DNA of 64,000 nucleotides from a virus, in IMG/VR virus record IMGVR_UViG_3300021399_000004, positions 32,001 to 96,000 of that record; one strand, written 5' to 3'. The first letter of the stretch is position 1. The number at the start of each line of letters is the position of its first letter. The position numbers were made by a program, and so were the translations under genes. This document shows, piece after piece, positions 56,384 to 64,000 of this stretch. The notes below the pieces were generated by a model. That model searched no databases, was not told the origin of the DNA, and saw nothing but the letters and a program-made list of their open reading frames with translations.

Positions 56384-56425
56384 CGGTCTCCCCTTTATTT
56401 TTTTTTTTTTTTTTTTTTTTTTTTT
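56372..56425 (+). terminator. Terminator with extreme T-tract at the convergent boundary
   Basis: GGGGAGACC-TAAC-GGTCTCCCC followed by TTTA and an uninterrupted run of 28 T. Confidence 0.85.
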
Positions 56426-56873
56426 AGGAGTGCGATACTTGGTCGTGCAGTTCACGCTCTCGGTATGCCATGGACTTTGTTAATGCTTCACCATATAGAT
56501 TGAGGCCCGACATGAGCTTATTAAGCTCTCTGTCAAGCATGTTTACATAATTATTTGCTCGTCTGAAAAAGCTGCGATGAAGCTTATCCTTCATGCGATG
56601 GAAAGCTAGTCGCTTACCAAGTTCTTCATTCCACTCATCGTTTTCTGCGCAAGTAGCCACACCGATAAAACGCTTGGGCATTTCTACTCGGCTATTTACA
56701 CCATGATACCAGTTACAATTCTGCCAAAGGTACTTATACAGTAGCCACTGTGAGTCACTATAAACACAAACTACCTTACGCTTATCCTTGTTTACATAGA
56801 ACTTGCAATCCTGCGGACGAATATTAATCTTAAACATAATTAATCCTTTCAATATTCTTGTAGATTTTTGCAC
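56424..56873 (-). CDS. Hypothetical protein
   Basis: Open ORF, 149 aa; similar in composition to the adjacent 56830..57222 product. Confidence 0.65.
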   Translation of the reverse strand: MQKSTRILKGLIMFKINIRPQDCKFYVNKDKRKVVCVYSDSQWLLYKYLWQNCNWYHGVNSRVEMPKRFIGVATCAENDEWNEELGKRLAFHRMKDKLHRSFFRRANNYVNMLDRELNKLMSGLNLYGEALTKSMAYRERELHDQVSHS

Positions 56874-57222
56874 GATAATTAACAGATCGTTCCTGCCAAT
56901 TATCCATTAGTTTTTCCATAGCCTTGATTCCTGCTTGGACATGTTTGTCAAAAGAACGCGCATAATTTTCTTTTGCGCGCGCATAAGCAATTTTCTTGCC
57001 TACTTCCAGATTCCATTCATCTCCGGGCGCACAACGTGCCATTCCCGTAAAATGCTTTGGCATCCGCATTGCGTCGCTTACCCGAATTGGATAGGGCCAA
57101 CACATTTCTTCCTCAAAGAAATCAAGTACCGCTCGTTCTGTATTAGGGATAATACAGAACACAAGACGGTCCTCAATACTGTAAGCCCAATTGCAATCTT
57201 CCATTTTAATATCAATGTGCAT
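56830..57222 (-). CDS. Hypothetical protein, paralogue of the 56424..56873 product
   Basis: Shared pattern 'MPKxFxGxAxCAxxDEWNxExGKxxAxxRxK' with the neighbour. Confidence 0.65.
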   Translation of the reverse strand: MHIDIKMEDCNWAYSIEDRLVFCIIPNTERAVLDFFEEEMCWPYPIRVSDAMRMPKHFTGMARCAPGDEWNLEVGKKIAYARAKENYARSFDKHVQAGIKAMEKLMDNWQERSVNYRAKIYKNIERINYV

Positions 57223-57511
57223 TAAACTTACCTCTCATAAAAGTAACAAAGTCGTCTTTCACATCATCTGGATCTTCAAGCAAATACATTCTGACTACCA
57301 TGCGGCGAAGCGCCTCCGCTCCACCATTATAGAGTCGAAGACAATCTCCTCGATTAATTACTAGATTATTTTCATCAATTTTAAGTCGAGGATCATGATT
57401 TCGATCCATCCAATAAGACATAGCATTGATCTTGTAATCATCCTTAGAGTCGATAAACTCTAAGCCATAATTATAAACCCAATCTTGATAAGCTTCAAAG
57501 GCGTCAATCAA
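57212..57511 (-). CDS. Hypothetical protein
   Basis: Open ORF, 99 aa. Confidence 0.55.
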   Translation of the reverse strand: MIDAFEAYQDWVYNYGLEFIDSKDDYKINAMSYWMDRNHDPRLKIDENNLVINRGDCLRLYNGGAEALRRMVVRMYLLEDPDDVKDDFVTFMRGKFNAH

Positions 57512-57933
57512 CGCAATACCTCCTCACAATAGCCATCTGTAGTTGTGTAAAGAATAGTACGAATACCATAGGAATGAATCATTGCCATACATGCGGGACA
57601 AGGACGTGAATTTGCAGTGCGGCCATCCTTAAATTCCCTATATACATATATTTTAACCTTAGAAAAATCAATATCTAAGTATTTGATTTTAGAAAGGCAG
57701 GCAATCTCGCTATGCTTCTTACTAGGAAGATATTTAGAGCCGTCGTCTTTAAACCGATATTGGTTAAATTGCTTCTGAAGAGTATGGGTACGGTCGGAAT
57801 TACATCCTTTTGCTAGAACCGTTCCTTTATATACCGCTACACAACCAATTTTTACCGCAGTCGTTCCAGAGTAGTCCGCGCGCAAAGATTCTTCACGCGC
57901 AACCTGAAACAAGTGATAATCCGATTTATTCAT
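57508..57933 (-). CDS. Cytidine/deoxycytidylate deaminase-family protein
   Basis: 'KKHSEIACL' (HxE) and 'SRPCPACMAMI' (PCxxC). Confidence 0.75.
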   Translation of the reverse strand: MNKSDYHLFQVAREESLRADYSGTTAVKIGCVAVYKGTVLAKGCNSDRTHTLQKQFNQYRFKDDGSKYLPSKKHSEIACLSKIKYLDIDFSKVKIYVYREFKDGRTANSRPCPACMAMIHSYGIRTILYTTTDGYCEEVLR

Positions 57934-58153
57934 ATTGCGGCCAAATTCCTTCCCTTTCCTTTGTTACTATAATAATTATACATAAATATTTAGGAAAAGT
58001 CAAATGTTTGATCCTTAAAATTTTCAACGATCAATTCTTCATAATTCGACATAACTGCATGACAAAAAGGACAAGAAGCTAGCGGCTCCTTGAACATCAT
58101 GCGGCAATTAGAACAACGATAACCATCAATAATTGGCTTAAGAGAGGCCATAC

Positions 58154-58534
58154 TTAATCACTCCAATCTTCATCAATATGGGTTTCATTATCCATCCATT
58201 CAAGGACACTTACTCCAATTTGATCGCACTTATTAAGCATACGATCTTCTGCTTCGTCTTGGGTTTCGTCATCAAACATATCAAAAGCAATAGTTGGCTT
58301 CATAATCAGGCGGCGGTGCGCTTGAGATTTGATATGGTCACAGTATTCCCTAAAGTTCTCTAGAATTGCGACAGGAGACTTTAGATTACCTTTTTCCATG
58401 GGGTACTCCGCGCGCAAAAGCTCACAATTGGGGCAAACAATTTCCCATCCATAACCTGGATGCATAGCCTTAATTGCTACTTGATGATGACAGATAGGGC
58501 AACGATAATCCTTACTCATTTTTATATCCTCCAT
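58154..58534 (-). CDS. Zinc-ribbon hypothetical protein
   Basis: 'YRCPICHHQVAIKAMHPGYGWEIVCPNCELL'. Confidence 0.6.
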   Translation of the reverse strand: MEDIKMSKDYRCPICHHQVAIKAMHPGYGWEIVCPNCELLRAEYPMEKGNLKSPVAILENFREYCDHIKSQAHRRLIMKPTIAFDMFDDETQDEAEDRMLNKCDQIGVSVLEWMDNETHIDEDWSD

Positions 58535-58769
58535 GATAAGTCAGTTCATGCGGGTGCGCACAAAAGTTACCTTGAAAAATTCCGTATTTGAAAATAAAAT
58601 TATGATATGGGCAGTCTGGGCAATTGTAACCTTGAAGGCGGCAATAACGGCGATATTTAATCCATGATATAAAACGTTTCATTAATTTTCCTCCGGTGGT
58701 TCTGGTAGCGGCGTCCAATGGGACACCATCATGTCGATGTAGCCTTCATAATCGTCTGTCCACTCGCTG

Positions 58770-59339
58770 TCAGGCATCGCCGCTCACCCCTTCCGGCTTC
58801 CAATCTCCGTTCAACATTGAACGGCATACACGGTGGAACTCTGCAAGCCCGAGGTGCTTGATTGTTGTGAGAAGGTAGACGATTAGGTTTTCCGTGTCCT
58901 GATGGAAGTGCCGTCCGTTTCTGACTTTGTTGTAATAGTTTAGCGGTTCGTCTTCAGTCCACTTTTCACCGCTGTACACCATCCCAGCACCGATCCAATC
59001 ACACACCATTTCAATCACATATCGCAACGGAATCTTATGCGGAAATACTTCTCCAGTCTTGTTATTATAATCGCACCAGTATTCCCAATGGTGCTTGTTA
59101 TGCCCCTTGTGATGAAGCCAGGCGTTTGAGTATCCAATCGCTTCTGTCTCTGCCTCAATAGGGCTTCTGTCTCCTTGGAAATACCGCGCGGACGGAATAA
59201 ACTCTTGCACGCTGAATTTGGACAGGTCATGCACAACGCCTTGCCACCAGATGCCACAAGCTTTGCATTCCCGATATACGACCATCTTGTGTTTGCAGAT
59301 AGTTTTAAAATGCCTCCACATCTTCCTAATATCATTCAT
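58770..59339 (-). CDS. DUF5662-like protein
   Basis: 'GVVHDLSKFSVQEFIPSARYFQG', 'AWLHHKGHNKHHWEYW', 'YNYYNKVRNGRHFHQDTENLIVYLL'-type pattern. Confidence 0.7.
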   Translation of the reverse strand: MNDIRKMWRHFKTICKHKMVVYRECKACGIWWQGVVHDLSKFSVQEFIPSARYFQGDRSPIEAETEAIGYSNAWLHHKGHNKHHWEYWCDYNNKTGEVFPHKIPLRYVIEMVCDWIGAGMVYSGEKWTEDEPLNYYNKVRNGRHFHQDTENLIVYLLTTIKHLGLAEFHRVCRSMLNGDWKPEGVSGDA

Positions 59340-59679
59340 TTTCGTTTTCCTCCTCCGGCGGTTCCGGCAGTGGCATCCAGTGGGTGATTCCCGAAAAGTA
59401 CGCCGCTGTCAACCACCCCAACTCTGTGTAAGTCGCGGTCTCCATTCCGCGCGGTCTACTCATTTTAGGCGAGTACACAAGACACTGTGCTGGTGGCTCT
59501 GGCAGCCTGTCCTTGACACTGATCCAGTCACTGACAGTTGGAGCATTATGAATGTCTTCAAGGATCTAGTCCTTCATCTGAGTTTTGCCCCTCGCCCAAT
59601 CAGCAGTTGGGCAACATGATACACTAGTCACATGATCCTCTACTGTTTCAATTAAGACGTCAGCATCAATCGGTCGCAT
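59332..59679 (-). CDS. DUF551-like protein, TAG-recoded
   Basis: MRPIDADVLIETVEDHV...KTQMKDQILEDIHNAPTVSDWISVKDRLPEPPAQCLVYSPKM...FSGITHWMPLPEPPEEENENE; ends TGA. Confidence 0.75.
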
Positions 59680-60070
59680 TACTTAACCACGCTCCATTTG
59701 AACAGTAATCATCCGCAGATCGTTCACCGCCGAACTTAAAACACATGCCATTAACCCAATCTTCACTAATAAAGAAACTACACGTTCTGCATCGCGGCAA
59801 TGTGTACAATGGTACATATATAGTAGGTGTAGAGTTTGTCTCATCAATCGTCTGCATCTGTCTTAGCCTCCCCATCTGCACAGTACCATTCGTCGCTAGT
59901 CCCAAAACCGTGGCGACTGCACCAGCCGCCGCCAGGTGTCCATCCTTCTGGACTATAGTGCTTACAATTCTAACATCGGACCAACTCGGTCTGTTCAATT
60001 GCAATTACAATTTCCGTTTGGTTTTTATCGTCAAACTTCGGCGTGAACAACCATCCATCGGGTAGTTTCA

Positions 60071-60385
60071 TTACCACTTCACCGCCTTTCCACAATAGCG
60101 GCAAAACCTGTCCTTGTAATCAATCGCCTCATGACATGCGCCGCACCCGTAATACCAGCTATCATCATCACTATCATGTTCAATATGCGGCACCACAGGC
60201 TCTTTCAGATCACATGTATCACACCAACGATCTTGTGCCGTGCGAATAATGTCCTTGGCGTCATACGACAGCTTGCTCAACATACCGTGTGTGATCTCGT
60301 ATATCACAATCTGATACTGTGTTAAAGCATAATCGACACCCTCTGGGGTCAGCCCATGATTCTCTGCAATTTCTTTAAGCTCCAT
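60071..60385 (-). CDS. Small zinc-ribbon protein
   Basis: C-term 'YYGCGACHEAIDYKDRFCRYCGKAVKW'. Confidence 0.6.
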   Translation of the reverse strand: MELKEIAENHGLTPEGVDYALTQYQIVIYEITHGMLSKLSYDAKDIIRTAQDRWCDTCDLKEPVVPHIEHDSDDDSWYYGCGACHEAIDYKDRFCRYCGKAVKW

Positions 60386-60677
60386 CCCACTTCACCTTTC
60401 TCCCGCACTGAGGGCAATACACCGCATCGCCAAGTAGCGATTCGCAAGCTCCGCATATGGGTATTTTGTATTTCTGTTCAGTGAACATATCCTCAAAGTC
60501 AAACCATTTTGGTTCCACGGGCTCTTGCTTTTGAAGTAAAGTAAGAGCGTTACGCGCTATTGACCGAAAACAACTGGCAGAAATGCGATCCTCATAATAC
60601 GGGCAATCTGAATGACATTCGACATTTTCATCCGCTAAACACTTCAAGCCTGCGATGACCTTCTTTATGTTAATCAT
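60375..60677 (-). CDS. Small zinc-ribbon protein
   Basis: C-term 'IPICGACESLLGDAVYCPQCGRKVKWDGA'. Confidence 0.6.
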   Translation of the reverse strand: MINIKKVIAGLKCLADENVECHSDCPYYEDRISASCFRSIARNALTLLQKQEPVEPKWFDFEDMFTEQKYKIPICGACESLLGDAVYCPQCGRKVKWDGA

Positions 60678-60689
60678 CCAACTTTATCC

Positions 60690-61016
60690 TCACTTCTTTA
60701 CATTACTTTTATTTTTTCTAAACACATATTTATATGCTTCCCATAATTTGCAAAATGCCTTGTATACGCATGTTATAAAAAGTGTCAGAACATAACCCGG
60801 TAAAAGCAATAATGACATTGCAACAATAATAATTGTTAATCCAGCAGTATTGAGCCTGTCTTCATTATTTTCATAAAACATTATTGCGTACCAAAATGCT
60901 GTTTTAAAAGACAATTTATCATCAAAGAATGTTGCAAACATCATTTGTAAAAAGCCGCCTACAAAACCACCGACTAAAATCCAAAAAACTAAAATCTTTA
61001 TTAATAAATCATTCAT
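60690..61016 (-). CDS. Membrane protein (multiple TM segments)
   Basis: Hydrophobic segments 'ILVFWILVGGFVGGFLQMMF' and 'LTIIIVAMSLLLLPGYVLTLFI'. Confidence 0.6.
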   Translation of the reverse strand: MNDLLIKILVFWILVGGFVGGFLQMMFATFFDDKLSFKTAFWYAIMFYENNEDRLNTAGLTIIIVAMSLLLLPGYVLTLFITCVYKAFCKLWEAYKYVFRKNKSNVKK

Positions 61017-61287
61017 TCCACTTTATCTTCCTACCGCACCAGCGACAATAGTTATCATTTGAGTCAATTACGTACAAGCAGTTCCCGCAAATACAAATAC
61101 CGTCCCTGCCAATAATCGCCTTCGTTGACTTTGGCTCACGAACCAAAGCAATAGCATCTGGTATCGTCTCACTAATTAGCGTCAATAACTTGTCTTTGAT
61201 ATACTGGCTATGAACCCACCTATCATATGCTTCATCGCAAATGTCCGTAAGACCCTTGAGAACTTTCTTCCGATCAGGCATCCTCAC
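61009..61287 (-). CDS. Small zinc-ribbon protein
   Basis: C-term 'GICICGNCLYVIDSNDNYCRWCGRKIKWNE'. Confidence 0.6.
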   Translation of the reverse strand: MRMPDRKKVLKGLTDICDEAYDRWVHSQYIKDKLLTLISETIPDAIALVREPKSTKAIIGRDGICICGNCLYVIDSNDNYCRWCGRKIKWNE

Positions 61288-61428
61288 TCACCTCTTCATC
61301 AAGGTTGCAATAATTAAAGAGCCTTGCTCTCCATCTCTTCCATCTACTTTTCTTATAGGCTTTGCGCGTACAATGTAGAACATCATTCAAACGAGAACTA
61401 TTTTTCCCAGTAATCCATATAAATTCAG

Positions 61429-61686
61429 TCATACGTCATCTTCCTCCTCCGGCATCTTGGGCAGCGGCTGCCAATATTTCACACGACTAACTTCATAATA
61501 GCCATCACTCTCATAATTATAAAAGCCAGAACGTTTAAGGCCATTAAAGGCCCAATCATCTACTGCTTCAAGGTTAAGCGCAAAATATGCAATGTCAATG
61601 AAACGATTCTCACCCTTACCAATAATAACCAAATACTTGCCATTCTTCGGAGGCCGCGCTTCATTCAATCGAGTCCAAGTTTTCAT
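61429..61686 (-). CDS. DUF551-like protein
   Basis: 'WTRLNEARPPKNGKYLVII...VKYWQPLPKMPEEE'. Confidence 0.65.
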   Translation of the reverse strand: MKTWTRLNEARPPKNGKYLVIIGKGENRFIDIAYFALNLEAVDDWAFNGLKRSGFYNYESDGYYEVSRVKYWQPLPKMPEEEDDV

Positions 61687-61740
61687 ACTGCATTTACCTC
61701 ACTTTCTATATCTATATTATAATTGAAAAAATAGAAAAAG

Positions 61741-61968
61741 TCAATAATTTTCTTTAGTTATATTTTCAGAAACAATGAACCAATTATCATCTGGCTCTCT
61801 GTATTTTAGCCGAGAATACATATTATCTACTTCCGCGCGCGAATCAAAACGAAGGGCGCCGGCGCTATTGTCGGTTAAATAAATTTCATTGGCGAAAAAG
61901 CCTTGGAAATATTTTAATTCGTTATAGTACATTTTTGCTAGGAGATATTTTGTTGTCATGGGAACCAC
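61741..61968 (-). CDS. Small hypothetical protein
   Basis: Open ORF, 75 aa, RBS-like sequence upstream on minus. Confidence 0.55.
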   Translation of the reverse strand: MVPMTTKYLLAKMYYNELKYFQGFFANEIYLTDNSAGALRFDSRAEVDNMYSRLKYREPDDNWFIVSENITKENY

Positions 61969-61998
61969 CTTCTTTATTTTATTAAAATGGCGGCAGCG

Positions 61999-62020
61999 GC
62001 GCCCCGATTTATCGGGGCGC
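61999..62020. other. Perfect GC-rich hairpin
   Basis: GCGCCCCGAT-TT-ATCGGGGCGC. Confidence 0.7.
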
Positions 62021-62066
62021 GTGCGCTGCTTATTTTGTTTTTATATTGTTATATTATATTGTTATG

Positions 62067-62159
62067 TGTCCGGTGAACGGATACATTTTATTAGAAAATA
62101 TGTCCGGTGAACGGACACTTCACCTGTCCGATGAACGGACAGTGTCCGGTGAACGGACA
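62067..62159. repeat. Four iterated 17-bp palindromic repeats TGTCCGGTGAACGGACA
   Basis: Copies at 62067 (last unit variant ...GGATA), 62101, 62125 (GATGAA variant) and 62143. Confidence 0.9.
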
Positions 62160-62161
62160 CA

Positions 62162-62524
62162 TCATTCCATTATCTTTTTATAATTAATACATATTTCTTT
62201 ATATGGTGTATATGTTATAAAGCCTGCGTCATGCAAGCCTTTTCTTGCTTCGCTATATCGGTTATGAGTAAATCCGCAATAAGAACAGATAGTCTCTTCT
62301 GCGGGATGAAAATCTCCATTTTGTTTCTGAAAAATTAAATATAATAAAAGGGTTCGTTGGTTGCCGCTTTTACCTGGAATTTTTTCATTAATTTTTTTAA
62401 ATAATTCAGGATAAATAATCCAACTTTGTGATTCTTTATATTCACTTTTTTCAATATCACTTGTGAGGGCTATCGCCTTCGATTCTTGTAACATTTTTAT
62501 CACATCCTGTACTGTGAGTGTCAT
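62162..62524 (-). CDS. Winged-helix/replication-initiator-like protein
   Basis: 'GNQRTLLLYLIFQKQNGDFHPAEETICSYCGFTHNRYSEARKGLHDAGFITYTPYK' resembles HTH of plasmid/phage Rep N-terminal domains. Confidence 0.55.
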   Translation of the reverse strand: MTLTVQDVIKMLQESKAIALTSDIEKSEYKESQSWIIYPELFKKINEKIPGKSGNQRTLLLYLIFQKQNGDFHPAEETICSYCGFTHNRYSEARKGLHDAGFITYTPYKEICINYKKIME

Positions 62525-62693
62525 TTGTGGGCTTTGTTAAAGCCTTTACCGCTTTACGTAAAGCAGGTGTTTCTTCAAAATAATAAACTGATTTACCTAT
62601 AAATTTATCATTCGGTGCAATTTTAATGACATCAAATCCTTGGTATTCTAATTGCCGCATTACTCTTCGAGAAAAAACTGGAAAAAGTGTCAT
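62457..62693 (-). CDS. Hypothetical protein
   Basis: Open ORF, 78 aa, upstream of the HTH protein. Confidence 0.45.
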   Translation of the reverse strand: MTLFPVFSRRVMRQLEYQGFDVIKIAPNDKFIGKSVYYFEETPALRKAVKALTKPTNDTHSTGCDKNVTRIEGDSPHK

Positions 62694-62699
62694 TTGTTA

Positions 62700-62915
62700 T
62701 CACTCCTGGATAATTTCATTAATTAGTTTCTTATATCTTTTTAATCCTTCTCTAATAGATACTACTTTTTCTCCATTAGGTAGTCTTTTTCCTGTAACAT
62801 AATTTTTAATTGCAGAAACAGAACAATTACAAAAATGAGCCAGTGTCGTTAAACTTACATCTGGCCCATTAGGATCATTTAACTTAGTTAAAATTTCACA
62901 TTCTAACATATTCAT
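62700..62915 (-). CDS. Small HTH DNA-binding protein
   Basis: 'VSLTTLAHFCNCSVSAIKNYVTGKRLPNGEKVVSI' helix-turn-helix. Confidence 0.6.
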   Translation of the reverse strand: MNMLECEILTKLNDPNGPDVSLTTLAHFCNCSVSAIKNYVTGKRLPNGEKVVSIREGLKRYKKLINEIIQE

Positions 62916-63025
62916 CGCCTCCGATATAATTGTGACGAGATTATGGCTTATCCTCGTTAAAAATTTTTTGACATACTAATTATTTTTTTGCACACTACGA
63001 GAAAAAGAAGGATAGTTTCCTATCC

Positions 63026-63358
63026 TTAATTTATCCCATAATCCTGTGCCGCTTCTCCGCTATAACTCAAATTCCCATGACTCGGGTCAGCCACCATGAC
63101 CACACAGGAATAATGTGTCAAGTAATACTTTCCATTAATCATTAGCTGAATTGTGTCACTATTATCGTAATCTCTCCATTGCGTAATGTACCCTTCTACA
63201 ATATCCTTATCACCTAACCTAATATAAGCATAAGTAAAAGTTTGTACATCCTTACCCGCAATAACCCGATTACCCCTTTGTTCAGTGCAACTACTTAGTA
63301 CAAGCGCCGCAATAGCTAAAACCGCAATTAGGCAAAAAGCCTTCCAATTCTTCTTCAT
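63026..63358 (-). CDS. Lipoprotein/secreted hypothetical
   Basis: Lipobox-like 'AVLAIAALVLSSCTEQ'. Confidence 0.7.
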   Translation of the reverse strand: MKKNWKAFCLIAVLAIAALVLSSCTEQRGNRVIAGKDVQTFTYAYIRLGDKDIVEGYITQWRDYDNSDTIQLMINGKYYLTHYSCVVMVADPSHGNLSYSGEAAQDYGIN

Positions 63359-63563
63359 TTACTTCACCTCAAAAACCTTTCCATTACAAAAATGTAGAAA
63401 AAGCCTATAACCGCAATCCATTGTATCGGTACTAATCGCGCAAGGTTGTGTCGTATAAATAACTGGTTCTCCTGTCAAAATAGCTTCCTAAGTTTCCTCA
63501 TAAGCATAACAAACAGGGTGCCATGTTTCAACTGTTAAAGTTTTCCATAGTACCGCCGCAGAT

Positions 63564-63746
63564 TCAAACCAATGTATTTCCCTCATCCTTTATCTCCTCT
63601 GTGAAAAAAGTAAGCCAATCAAGCATATCCTGATGCAGCAGAGCAAGACAATCTGCTACGCCGCCATATGGACAGAAACGACAATTGTAGTTATTAGTTC
63701 CCTTACAATGTTTAAGGCCCTCAATCATCTTATCAATTTTCTTCAT
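63564..63746 (-). CDS. Small Cys-containing hypothetical
   Basis: Open ORF, 60 aa; 'YNCRFCPYGGVADCLAL' resembles the N-terminus of 60375..60677. Confidence 0.45.
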   Translation of the reverse strand: MKKIDKMIEGLKHCKGTNNYNCRFCPYGGVADCLALLHQDMLDWLTFFTEEIKDEGNTLV

Positions 63747-64000
63747 ATCTTTCCTTCACCCTTGCAATAACATCGTCCGCAGTAAGCCAACCTTCAACGC
63801 TATCCTCGCATGAAGGATCAACAATTTCTCCCATAATTTCAAGTAGACCTTTTTCATAGCCATATGAACCATAATGACAGATAGCATCCCATAAATACTC
63901 GCCCGCAGAGTCAACAACAACAATTTGGTTGCGTTCGATTCCTTCCGGATCTTTTTCTATCCGACGTACATGATAACCATTCTCAACTAAGTAAGAATAA

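Noticed and set aside
62067-62159. CRISPR array
   Set aside because: Units are only 17 bp, spacings are short and irregular, and the repeat is palindromic without cas genes; an iteron/operator is more likely.

Overview
This 64 kb window is from a Firmicutes-type tailed phage in which TAG (amber) is a sense codon, best read as Gln (genetic code 15). The supplied six-frame ORFs break at TAG. Reading through TAG and stopping only at TAA/TGA joins them, in one frame each, into long genes. Examples are 26514..34613 (about 2699 aa), 45151..51480 (about 2109 aa), 8619..11261 (about 880 aa), 21603..23315 (GT8-GT2 fusion), 3203..4441 (PIN-PhoH) and 54854..56383 (SpoIID + NlpC/P60-like + PG-binding endolysin). 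In-frame TAG falls at Gln positions of recognisable motifs (GHGVGMS-Q, A-E-Q-DTLN, N-Q-GPGNAR, LAA-Q-RGVDPD). An amber-suppressor tRNA with anticodon CTA lies at 19766..19850 (-). Layout: (1) minus-strand module 1..~14.9 kb with methyltransferases, PhoH, ClpP, DNA ligase, dNMP kinase, RNase H, holin and RNA ligase; (2) minus-strand tRNA/ncRNA archipelago 15..25.9 kb with about 20 tRNAs, a group I intron in tRNA-Leu(UAA), a tRNA whose anticodon loop holds a tRNA-like insert, an initiator-like tRNA-fMet, two large non-coding blocks resembling the GOLLD/ROOL setting, and glycosyltransferases; (3) plus-strand late module 26.5..56.4 kb with very large TAG-rich tail/adhesin genes and an endolysin; (4) minus-strand module 56.4..64 kb with small zinc-ribbon, DUF551-like, DUF5662-like, deaminase and HTH proteins, plus an iterated palindrome. 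All calls come from manual reading; no searches were run.
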